A DNA stretch of 39,701 nt, from assembly GCA_043763755.1 (NCBI GenBank), contig JAYULG010000307.1, positions 1-39,701 on the forward strand. Reading direction: 5' to 3'. Below are positions 1-7,958 of this stretch, piece by piece. Position numbers and translations under genes: made by a program. The notes beneath the pieces were generated by a model, which saw only the letters and a program-made list of their open reading frames with translations, did no database searches and was not told where the DNA came from. How positions within the stretch are numbered: position 1 is the first letter of the stretch; each line of letters opens with the position of its first letter. Source of the DNA: Akkermansiaceae bacterium. Lineage in GTDB: Bacteria > Verrucomicrobiota > Verrucomicrobiia > Verrucomicrobiales > Akkermansiaceae.

Positions 1-1
1 T

Positions 2-640
2 CCTATATCACTGAATGATCCGTTTGGGCTTTGCGCACAAAGTGGCTGGAGTCAAGCAGGGCAATTCGCAAGTGATTTCGGGCAAGGACTTCTTGATTAT
101 ACTTGGTCCGACATGGGAAGCCAAATCCTCTCAATCACGAGGGCAGTGGGTGATGCGTATCCCCAAATCGGCGGGGCATTGAGTGAAATCAACAGAAACA
201 TGCCCCTAGAGGCTTTGGGGCCAAATCCGGGGATGTTTTTCGCAGGCGGAGGCCAAGCTCTCTCCTCCTCCTTTAGTAGAATATCTTCACTTATAAGTTC
301 TTCAGATGATGCCGCGTTAGCCGCAAATAGAGTAGCTCCGGCAGTTAGTGAAGGAACCTCCGTGTTTCGAGTCTGGGGAGATGAAGCTGGAGCGTGGGGG
401 AGATCATGGACCACGGTCGATCCGCGAACAGTTCCTAACTTCCGAAATGCAGCTGGCTTACCAACTCAGAACTCTGGACGATTTGTGACTGAGGGAACGT
501 TACAGAATACACGGGGTGTTACGACTCAGGCAGCAACACCTTTGCACGGTAACGCTGGAGGTTTGCCAGAAGTAGTCATCCCAAATTCTGCTTCACAAGT
601 CCGTCCTCTCAATGTGCAGGGCCTCAACCCACCATTCTAA
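2..640 (+). CDS. Rhs/YD-repeat polymorphic toxin, C-terminal part (5' end outside window)
   Basis: Frame +2 is open from base 2 and reads PISLNDPFGLCAQSGW...; PxxxxDPxGL is the Rhs core end/autoproteolysis motif. About 200 aa of C-terminal extension follow, ending VQGLNPPF*. Confidence 0.85.
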   Translation, partial: PISLNDPFGLCAQSGWSQAGQFASDFGQGLLDYTWSDMGSQILSITRAVGDAYPQIGGALSEINRNMPLEALGPNPGMFFAGGGQALSSSFSRISSLISSSDDAALAANRVAPAVSEGTSVFRVWGDEAGAWGRSWTTVDPRTVPNFRNAAGLPTQNSGRFVTEGTLQNTRGVTTQAATPLHGNAGGLPEVVIPNSASQVRPLNVQGLNPPF

Positions 641-642
641 CC

Positions 643-1011
643 ATGAATGATCCTGATTTTTATTTGGCCTCAACAGAAGGTTATGACCTCGAACAGCCAA
701 GGAGTTGCAAGCGCATACGGCCTATCGCTTCTGATTCGAGGACTGACATGTTGCTTATCGAAATTGATCCTCCGCTAATTGGCCAAAAATATGGATTAGG
801 AGGCCGTGATATTAGCCTCGTGATTATTGCGCCACGCCACAAAGGCGGTTCGTTGTTCCCAATTACTGAGTGGCCGACATTCGTTCATGTCGCACGACCT
901 TTGATCGAGAATATTGAGAGCCGAGATACGGTCGCAGATAACGAGTTTGAACTGATCGCGTGGGCAGAGATTTACAGGACCGAGGAAGCCGCTCGTCTGA
1001 AATTGATGTAA
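643..1011 (+). CDS. putative cognate immunity protein (122 aa)
   Basis: Small acidic ORF starting 2 nt after the Rhs stop codon, the typical toxin-immunity layout; family not recognised. Confidence 0.7.
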   Translation: MNDPDFYLASTEGYDLEQPRSCKRIRPIASDSRTDMLLIEIDPPLIGQKYGLGGRDISLVIIAPRHKGGSLFPITEWPTFVHVARPLIENIESRDTVADNEFELIAWAEIYRTEEAARLKLM

Positions 1012-1184
1012 TTCGCCAACATTTCCGGCCTCCAAAACCACCCTCTGGCCCGCGCTAACAACTCCCTCCCGGAAGATCGTCGCTCCGCACCCCCAAATGT
1101 TGCGCACTTATTTGACATCGTGCGCCGTTGCCAATTTATGACTGTATTGATTTCTAACAGATTACCACGATCTGATTGTTTTTC

Positions 1185-1200
1185 ATTCCCGTTGGGGTCG
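1185..1200 (+). mobile_element. possible att-site remnant: 3' fragment of a tRNA-Glu-like gene
   Basis: ATT-CCCGT-TGGGGTC-G matches the end of a T-loop, a 5-nt T-stem strand, a 7-nt acceptor strand and a discriminator, as in bacterial tRNA-Glu; no 5' half is present. Confidence 0.45.
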
Positions 1201-1257
1201 TACGGTTTGATGGCAAGTACGACGTGAGGTGGAACGGGAGCTTTCATGCGTGGTGAC

Positions 1258-1317
1258 GGTTTGGGATAGGTTTGGGATAAGTTTGGGATAGGTTTGGGAT
1301 AGGTTTGGGATAGGTTT
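1258..1317 (+). repeat. 11-bp tandem repeat (GGTTTGGGATA) x5.5
   Basis: Units start at 1258, 1269, 1280 (one G>A), 1291, 1302, with a partial unit at 1313. Confidence 0.95.
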
Positions 1318-1339
1318 TGGAGGCATGGCGGTGGCTCCC

Positions 1340-1373
1340 GATGGATGGCGTTTTTCCGGATGGATGGCGTTTT
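1340..1373 (+). repeat. 15-bp direct repeat GATGGATGGCGTTTT x2
   Basis: Copies at 1340-1354 and 1359-1373. Confidence 0.85.
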
Positions 1374-1735
1374 CTAACGCATTTGGGCGTGGCTGATCTG
1401 GTCAGCTATGCCCGCTTGTTTTGGTTTTACGACACCATCGGTCGCGCACCGTTTCGGTTATCCCTTCGCAGGGTGCTCCTCAGCAGAGCCTGCGTCCGTT
1501 TGGCTGAAAATCTATGATCCTCTTATCCGCAATTGAGATTGAGGATGGGAGGTGCAAGTGCTTATCCTACCGGCGTTTGAAGACGAAAACAACCGAGCAA
1601 CGGGTTCACCCAATGGGTGAAGGAGAATTTGATTTCAAATTCCTGCCTGCGGGCGGGCAATTTCACCTACGTGGCAGCGATGAGGCGCTCACCGCGTAAA
1701 AAGCTAGCTCACCTCAGACAAGTCCAGTAGTTAAT

Positions 1736-1921
1736 ATGCCAACTTTTGCATTACGTTTCGCGCGTGAGAATCTAATTGGAATTAGTGTTAAAAATATGCT
1801 TTTCCACTTAGGGTTAGTCTTTAAACATGATAGCGTTGATATACCGAATAAACTTATTTTTTGGACATTTCAAAGTAATCAAGTCCTCGCTGATTTGAAA
1901 AAATTTATGGAGGCCCCGTAG
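1736..1921 (+). pseudogene. AT-rich gene remnant, possibly an orphan immunity fragment
   Basis: Locally low-GC ORF with protein-like composition (GLVFKH...LIFWTF); in frame with ORF 1514-1699 across one TAA. Confidence 0.3.
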
Positions 1922-1955
1922 GCGTCCTGAACGAGCAGAATGCCTGTTACCCCAT

Positions 1956-2387
1956 CTAACGGATCACCCCACGGATGCGCTCGAGCAATGGCTGATCCGC
2001 TTCGAGTGCATCTGCCACAGCGCGAATGACATTTAAGGTGGGTCGAGATACATGATGTTCCATACCTTCTACATCGCGATAGATCGTCTCTTCATCGATG
2101 CCAAAAAGGCTGAGAAAACGAGTGAGTGTCTCGTGCCGTTCAATGATAGCGCGGGCGATGCGTTGGCCTTCCTCAGTCAGGATGGTGCCACGGTAGCGCT
2201 CGTGTTTCACGAGTCCTTCGGCATCCAGCCGCTGTAGCATATTGGTGACGCTGGCTTGAGAAATACCAAGTTTTTTAGAAATATCTACTGCGCGGGCATA
2301 GCCCTTTGCCTCGATCAAATGGAGGATTTGCTCAAGGTAATCGTCCATGGCTACGGAGCCACTGGTGCGCTTAGAGGTAGGGGGCAT
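1956..2387 (-). CDS. mntR: DtxR/MntR family metal-dependent transcriptional regulator
   Basis: DDYLEQI...GYARAVDIS..LGISQASVTNMLQRL HTH; ERHETL and DVEGMEHH metal sites; no FeoA/SH3 tail. Confidence 0.9.
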   Translation of the reverse strand: MPPTSKRTSGSVAMDDYLEQILHLIEAKGYARAVDISKKLGISQASVTNMLQRLDAEGLVKHERYRGTILTEEGQRIARAIIERHETLTRFLSLFGIDEETIYRDVEGMEHHVSRPTLNVIRAVADALEADQPLLERIRGVIR

Positions 2388-2399
2388 GGGATGGGGAAG

Positions 2400-3179
2400 C
2401 TATGGTTCTGCAAGCGGCAGGGAAAGCTCGGATTTTTGATAGAGATCCGCATTGGAAGCTTGAAATTCTGCTTTGAGGCGGACGCTGAGAGTAGAAAGGT
2501 CGATAAGATGCCAGCCAGAAAATGTCCATAAGCCATCTTTGCCATCGTGCTCGATGCCCACTAGAAGGTGAGTAGCAGCAGCGGTGATTTTGAGAGTCTC
2601 TTTTTTCGGCTCAAAGTAAAAAGTGCGGAAGGTGCTCGCAGCGGAGCCATGTTCGACAAGCTTGGGATCGAGGTAGAAAATACTGTTTGATTTCAGGTCG
2701 ATGATTTTGAGATCCGGGTAGCCAGAGCGCTGGTGATCACCCGTGCGAGTGGTGGGAATCTCGCAAGTGAAGCCGACCATCGCATTGATGCGCGTCTGAA
2801 TCCCATCCTCGAAGAAGCGCGATGCTTCGTTGATGCGGCGCAGCTCACGGACAGGCGAGCTTGGGAGATTTAGCTCCGTAATTGAGCCAGCGATTGCCTG
2901 CTCAATCGCGCCGATGACACGCTGGTGGGCCGGATTTTGCAAATCCAGCGGGATAACAGGTTTGCCTGAGCAGGCAGTGGCAATGGTGGCAAAAGGGAAC
3001 CTTCGCTTTGATAAATTTTCGCCCAGCAGGGAATGGACTAATTCCGAATCGCCAGTGGCTATGTGTGCGGTCGCGTGCGGTGGCGGCAACATGCGCATGG
3101 CTAATAAAACAAGTCCGCCGCCTAGTAGAAATGATAGGGCTAGCTGTGAAAAACGGTCCATCGGCTTTGGGGTATTCAT
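2400..3179 (-). CDS. membrane-anchored/secreted protein with PD-(D/E)xK restriction-endonuclease-like motif
   Basis: N-terminal hydrophobic segment LALSFLLGGGLVLLAM; FFED...GYPDLKII...YLDPK. ATG at 3179 overlaps the upstream gene's stop (ATGA). Confidence 0.7.
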   Translation of the reverse strand: MNTPKPMDRFSQLALSFLLGGGLVLLAMRMLPPPHATAHIATGDSELVHSLLGENLSKRRFPFATIATACSGKPVIPLDLQNPAHQRVIGAIEQAIAGSITELNLPSSPVRELRRINEASRFFEDGIQTRINAMVGFTCEIPTTRTGDHQRSGYPDLKIIDLKSNSIFYLDPKLVEHGSAASTFRTFYFEPKKETLKITAAATHLLVGIEHDGKDGLWTFSGWHLIDLSTLSVRLKAEFQASNADLYQKSELSLPLAEP

Positions 3180-3781
3180 GTGCGTTTCGATTGATGCCAA
3201 ACGGAGGTATCTGGGTGAAGCAAGATTTCAAGGGGTGCCTGGGCGAGCTGCATGGAATCAATGAGATGGGCGAGCAGCACGAGCGAGGCTGCGGCATCGA
3301 AGAGCGCATCGTGCCACGATTTTTCAGGCACCAGCCGCTCGATCTGTAAGGTGAGGCCATGATGGCTACATAGCGCACCTAACGAATGATCTGTTAGATG
3401 CGGCCACGCCGCTCGGGCGAGCAATAGCGTATCGAGCCAAGGGCCGAAGCCGTGACCCGGGAATGCGCGAAGAAAGCGCTTTTCAGTTCCCTTACCATGG
3501 GCAACGACGATGACACCATGTAGATGTTTTTTCACCTCTGGCCACAGCGAGAGCAGGGTAGGGGCTGCATGAAGATCTTCCGGGCGGATGCCATGAATTT
3601 TCTGCGCAGACCATAGGATGGGTTGATCAGTAAAAAGGTAAGATCCGTAGGATTCTCCGTGGCCATGGGTCATGCCCCAAGTGGCGATGCCGATTTGGAT
3701 CGGGTGATCGGTCTTGCCGCGGGCAGCACCGGCGGATTCGAAATCGATAGCGGTGAAGCGAGCTTGGTGGACGGATGGCAT
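3176..3781 (-). CDS. DEDDh 3'-5' exonuclease (DnaQ-like)
   Basis: ExoI motif IDFES, VAH..TEKRFL, ExoIII motif HDALFDA. Confidence 0.9.
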   Translation of the reverse strand: MPSVHQARFTAIDFESAGAARGKTDHPIQIGIATWGMTHGHGESYGSYLFTDQPILWSAQKIHGIRPEDLHAAPTLLSLWPEVKKHLHGVIVVAHGKGTEKRFLRAFPGHGFGPWLDTLLLARAAWPHLTDHSLGALCSHHGLTLQIERLVPEKSWHDALFDAAASLVLLAHLIDSMQLAQAPLEILLHPDTSVWHQSKRT

Positions 3782-3790
3782 GGCGCGAAA

Positions 3791-4909
3791 TTATACAAGC
3801 CCAGCGCGTGCAGCGGCGAAGCCGGGCCTGATAAAGTTAAAGATAATAGCAAGGCGCTGATCAAAGCTGATGAATGCGCTCTTGATCGCGTTGAGTGAAA
3901 GTTTCTCAAGTTCGTCTAAAGTGAGGTCAAATAATTCGGCTGCGAGCGTGGTCTCTTTTGTCATGGTAGTATCACTCATCAGCCGATCATCCGTATTTAG
4001 ACAAACTCGAAATCCTATACGAAAAAATTCCCCAAACGGATGCGTCTCCAGCGTCGCGCATGCTCCGGTGTGGAGGTTGCTGAGAAGACACATCTCCAGT
4101 GGGATGCGGTGATTCAAAATCGATTGCGCAAGACTGCCAAGTTTCTGGCTGCCATCGGGAAACGTGATGAAATCTTCGCGCAGCCGGGTGGCGTGTCCGA
4201 GGCGGTGTGCACCACAGTATTGGAGCGCTTGCCAGATGGATTCTGGGCCGTAGGCCTCGCCTGCATGGATGGTGATATTGAAATTTGCGCGCCGGATGGC
4301 ATGGCACGCAGCAAGGTGCTTTTTCGCGGGGAATCCATCCTCGCCGCCTGCAAGATCAAAGCCAACTACCCCGCCCTCACGATGGCGAATCGCGAGTTCT
4401 GCAGCTCCCAATGATTCTTCCATGTGGCGCATGGCGCAAATGATCAGGCCCCATGCTACACCATAGCTACGCTCGCCGCGCACTAGCCCACACAAGACAG
4501 CCGCCACCACCTCATCCTGCGTCAGCCCTTGCTGCGTGTGATAGACGGGCGCAAATCGCACCTCGGCATACACGACTCCATCGTTATACATATCTTCGAT
4601 GAATTCGAAGCCGATGCGCTCCAGCCCATCCGCCGTCTGCATCACCCCGATGGTATGGGAAAAACAATTGAGATATGCCGTGAGATTTCCACTCTGTGCA
4701 TTGCGGTGAAACCACGCGGCGAGTGCCGTGGGATCCGCCGTGGGCAAATGGGTGTAGCCAGTTTCCTTCGCTAAATCCGCTACTGTGCCGGGCCGTAAAC
4801 CACCATCGAGATGCTCGTGCAGCAGGACCTTCGGCAAACGGCGAATATCGATGCGCTCAGTGAGTGCCTTGCCTGACAGGGGAAGAATTCCATGGATGGG
4901 GGCAGGCAT
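3791..4909 (-). CDS. add: adenosine deaminase
   Basis: LPKVLLHEHLDG, GFDLAG, TIHAGE, RLGH, NTDD. Confidence 0.93.
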   Translation of the reverse strand: MPAPIHGILPLSGKALTERIDIRRLPKVLLHEHLDGGLRPGTVADLAKETGYTHLPTADPTALAAWFHRNAQSGNLTAYLNCFSHTIGVMQTADGLERIGFEFIEDMYNDGVVYAEVRFAPVYHTQQGLTQDEVVAAVLCGLVRGERSYGVAWGLIICAMRHMEESLGAAELAIRHREGGVVGFDLAGGEDGFPAKKHLAACHAIRRANFNITIHAGEAYGPESIWQALQYCGAHRLGHATRLREDFITFPDGSQKLGSLAQSILNHRIPLEMCLLSNLHTGACATLETHPFGEFFRIGFRVCLNTDDRLMSDTTMTKETTLAAELFDLTLDELEKLSLNAIKSAFISFDQRLAIIFNFIRPGFAAARAGLV

Positions 4910-4926
4910 GGTTTGGTGGAATCAGA

Positions 4927-5352
4927 TCACGCGCATTTAGGACAAACTCCGAAAAACTCCAATTCATGATAAAGGTTTTTAAAGCCAGATTTCTCGCGAA
5001 TTTCATCTTCAAGTTGGTGCACAGGGCAAGGGGCATTGATCGGTGCAATGCTCCCGCAAGCAGTGCAAATGAGGTAGTCATTGTGGCGATCTGGCATCAG
5101 AAGCGTGAAGTAAGCTGCGCGTTCATGTAACCCTAAACGGCGCACAAGCCCATGCTCATTGAGGCGCTGCAGCAGCCGGAAAACGGTGGCTTTGTCGCAC
5201 TGATCTGCAAGCCGTGCGGAGGTCGCCAGCTCGGAGAGCGTCATCGGACGTGGACTTTCCAGCAGCGTGGCGATGAGTTCTTCAAGAGCCTTCGTACGGC
5301 GCAGCCCGGCACTGCGGCACCTCTCGATGACGTCGCGAATCATGGTCTTCAT
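4927..5352 (-). CDS. Fur family transcriptional regulator
   Basis: ATVFRLL winged helix, HNDYLICTACG, C-terminal GVCPKC. Confidence 0.9.
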   Translation of the reverse strand: MKTMIRDVIERCRSAGLRRTKALEELIATLLESPRPMTLSELATSARLADQCDKATVFRLLQRLNEHGLVRRLGLHERAAYFTLLMPDRHNDYLICTACGSIAPINAPCPVHQLEDEIREKSGFKNLYHELEFFGVCPKCA

Positions 5353-5396
5353 GGGCGGAGAGTAGGTGGTTTAAGCCAAGAAGGAATGGGAAATTT

Positions 5397-6428
5397 CTAG
5401 AACAACTGGCTTTGTGGGTTTTCAGGAATTGCGGGCGGCATAGGGGCACCTATTTTTTGATAAGCGGCGGGCATCGCTGTGCGCCCGCGCGGTGTGCGCA
5501 TCAGAAAGCCTTGCATGATCAGGAAGGGTTCATGCACCTCTTCCAAGGTGGCCGCATCCTCGCCCACGGCCACTGCCAATGAATTTAGCCCCACCGGGCC
5601 GCCGTTGAATTTATAAATCAGCACCTCGAGCAAGCGCTTGTCCATTTCATCAAGCCCTTGTGCATCGATCTCGATCATCGCCAGCGCAGCATCGGCGATG
5701 TCCCTATCCACGCTGCCGGAGCCGCGCACTTGCGCATAGTCACGCACCCACCGCAGCAAGGCATTTGCCACCCGCGGAGTGCCGCGTGAGCGCGATGCGA
5801 TTTCCATCGCCCCCTCGCGTGCGATCGGCACTTCTAGTAATCCTGCAGAACGCTCAATGATCTGTGCAAGTTCATCGTGCGTGTAATAGTCGAGGCGGTT
5901 CGCAAGCCCAAACCGTGAGCGCAAAGGCGCGGTAAGCATGCCGGAGCGAGTGGTGGCACCCACCAGTGTGAAGCGTGGCAAGTTGATCTGGATGGACCGC
6001 GCCGAGGGGCCGGAATCAATGATAATATCTAGCCGGAAATCCTCCATCGCCGGGTAGAGATACTCCTCGATGGCGGGGTGCAGTCGGTGGATTTCATCAA
6101 TGAAAAGAATATCGCCCTTTTGGATATTCGTGAGGATTCCCGCCAGGTCTCCTGCTTTTTCGATTTGTGGGCCAGAGGTGGTGTGGAGTTGGGTGCCAGC
6201 CGCCTTCGCCACCAGATTTGCAAGAGTGGTTTTCCCTAGTCCAGGCGGGCCGGATAGCAACACATGGGCAAGCACATCACTGCGCCGTCTCGCCGCCTCG
6301 ATCATCAATAGCAGCCGTTCCTTGACCTTCTCTTGGCCGATGAACTCCGAAAACGCTGGTGGCCGCAGCGAGATATCAAACGGGGATGCAGGTGCTTCAG
6401 TAGCTTGTTGGTAAAAATGTTCAGGCAT
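5397..6428 (-). CDS. ruvB: Holliday junction branch migration helicase RuvB
   Basis: [40 protein letters not shown]; start placed at ATG 6428. Confidence 0.97.
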   Translation of the reverse strand: MPEHFYQQATEAPASPFDISLRPPAFSEFIGQEKVKERLLLMIEAARRRSDVLAHVLLSGPPGLGKTTLANLVAKAAGTQLHTTSGPQIEKAGDLAGILTNIQKGDILFIDEIHRLHPAIEEYLYPAMEDFRLDIIIDSGPSARSIQINLPRFTLVGATTRSGMLTAPLRSRFGLANRLDYYTHDELAQIIERSAGLLEVPIAREGAMEIASRSRGTPRVANALLRWVRDYAQVRGSGSVDRDIADAALAMIEIDAQGLDEMDKRLLEVLIYKFNGGPVGLNSLAVAVGEDAATLEEVHEPFLIMQGFLMRTPRGRTAMPAAYQKIGAPMPPAIPENPQSQLF

Positions 6429-6618
6429 CGGACAACGTGCCCAAAATTCAAGCCCACCCATAAGCCTCTGAAAAGTGCCAAATTTTTCCGGCCCAATTCT
6501 GCTCGTGTTCCGCCGCTCAGCGGATATCAGGAAATGGCTGCTTGCTTGGGCGACTGAAATTCTTAGTCTGCCGCATGCTGAAAAGGCAACTACTTCGCTT
6601 ACTTGTCAGGGATAAATC

Positions 6619-7626
6619 ATGATCGAAAACTCGCCGAAGTTCATTTTTGCACTCACCAATCTTGGGTCTGAGAGGGCACTTAAACTCGAAGTGGAAGCGT
6701 TAAATTTGCCGTGGCTAGCGAGCTACCAGCGCAGAGGGTTTTTGACGTTTAAAGTGGCACAGGTGGCTGGCAGTTCTCTACAGCAGCTCGTGGGGCAGCC
6801 GCTTGCATGTGCGGGCCGACTGTGTATTTCGCTGGGTCGTGCGAATTCGCGCGAGGAAGCACTTGTGATGATTCGGGCAGATCCCGCCTATGTTGCTGGG
6901 CCTGTGCATTTTCTAAAAACGATTAATGGCTGGATGGAGCGCGAGGCAGAAGTTGCGCAGAAAGCGGCAGTGAATAGTGAGTGCATCGGGACGATTGTGC
7001 AGCTCGGTGCAAATGAATTTTGGGCGGGGCTGCATTGGCATGGCCCTTTCATCAGCCCGGACCCAGGCGGTGAATCAATTTTGGTGATGCCCACGGATTC
7101 ACCATCGCGAGCATGGTTAAAATTAGAGGAAGCCGTGCGGTTTTTTGACCTGAGTTTCTGCCGAAACGATGTGGTGGTGGAGCTTGGATGTGCCCCGGGC
7201 GGGGTGGTGCTGGCGCTCCTGCGGCGTGGGGTGTCTGTGATCGGCGTGGATCCTGCGGCGATGGCGGAGGTGATAGGCGAGTTCACCGTGCTGGAGCGCC
7301 CGAGCACATCCCAAGGGCGACCGTGGTTTTATCATTGCCGCAAGCCCGCAGCACTGGTGGCAAAGCGTGATCTTGGAGGCGATGTGACGTGGTTTATGTC
7401 TGACATGAATCAAACACCCGAGGTGGTGCTCGCTGAGTGTGGCCGTTTTTGCAAAATGGCACCGTCGATCCGGCATGTGTTTATCACTCTCAAGCTCACT
7501 GATGTGACGCGCATCGCGGAAAAAGCAAAGTGGCATGATGCACTGGCGGCGATGGATTTCAATTCCATACGCTTCCAACAATTCAGCGTGCATCACAAGG
7601 AATTTGCGCTATACGCCACCAAGTAG
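6619..7626 (+). CDS. FtsJ/RlmM-like SAM-dependent RNA methyltransferase
   Basis: PSRAWLKLEEA, ELGCAPGG, GVD, SDM, TLKL (K-D-K catalytic residues as in the RlmM family). Confidence 0.8.
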   Translation: MIENSPKFIFALTNLGSERALKLEVEALNLPWLASYQRRGFLTFKVAQVAGSSLQQLVGQPLACAGRLCISLGRANSREEALVMIRADPAYVAGPVHFLKTINGWMEREAEVAQKAAVNSECIGTIVQLGANEFWAGLHWHGPFISPDPGGESILVMPTDSPSRAWLKLEEAVRFFDLSFCRNDVVVELGCAPGGVVLALLRRGVSVIGVDPAAMAEVIGEFTVLERPSTSQGRPWFYHCRKPAALVAKRDLGGDVTWFMSDMNQTPEVVLAECGRFCKMAPSIRHVFITLKLTDVTRIAEKAKWHDALAAMDFNSIRFQQFSVHHKEFALYATK

Positions 7627-7724
7627 ATCCGTGGCGGGTAGAAGTTTTCCGCTTCCATCCAATGTTTTCCCTTGTCAAATCTTTCCCCCCTCCTCATACA
7701 TCCGCCCCCGCCGCAAGTGGGAAT

Positions 7725-7810
7725 GGGTAGATGCCCGAGTGGCTAAAGGGGGCAGACTGTAAATCTGCTAGCGTAAGCTTACGTTGGTTCGAATCCATCT
7801 CTACCCACCA
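7725..7810 (+). tRNA. tRNA-Tyr (GTA)
   Basis: Acceptor GGGTAGA/TCTACCC, anticodon arm GCAGA-CTGTAAA-TCTGC, long variable arm, GGTTCGAATCC, encoded CCA. Confidence 0.97.
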
Positions 7811-7828
7811 TTTACAGGTCAGTGAAAA

Positions 7829-7854
7829 GGGGAGCCTCGCGGCTCCCCATTTTT
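7829..7854 (+). terminator. intrinsic terminator after tRNA-Tyr
   Basis: GGGGAGCC-TCGC-GGCTCCCC followed by ATTTTT. Confidence 0.8.
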
Positions 7855-7922
7855 GTAGTAAGGCTGCCAGTGGGATTGCCCTAGGGAAAACGGTTTCGAT
7901 CAAAACGGCTTCTTCATGAACC

Positions 7923-7951
7923 TTGCATTTTATACATCACGATGCTAAATA
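7923..7951 (+). promoter_or_regulatory. putative sigma70 promoter (possibly leaderless transcript of the ATPase gene)
   Basis: TTGCAT-N17-TAAATA with extended TG, 7 nt before GTG 7959. Confidence 0.4.
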
Positions 7952-7958
7952 TTCCGGG

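Noticed and set aside
97-1247. Minus-strand ORFs 97-414, 796-1107 and 972-1247
   Set aside because: Antisense to the Rhs and immunity genes, with no motifs.
1258-1317. CRISPR array
   Set aside because: 11-bp units are head-to-tail with no spacers, and there are no cas genes.
7731-7919. 62-aa and 69-aa ORFs over the tRNA
   Set aside because: Shadow ORFs of tRNA-Tyr and its terminator.
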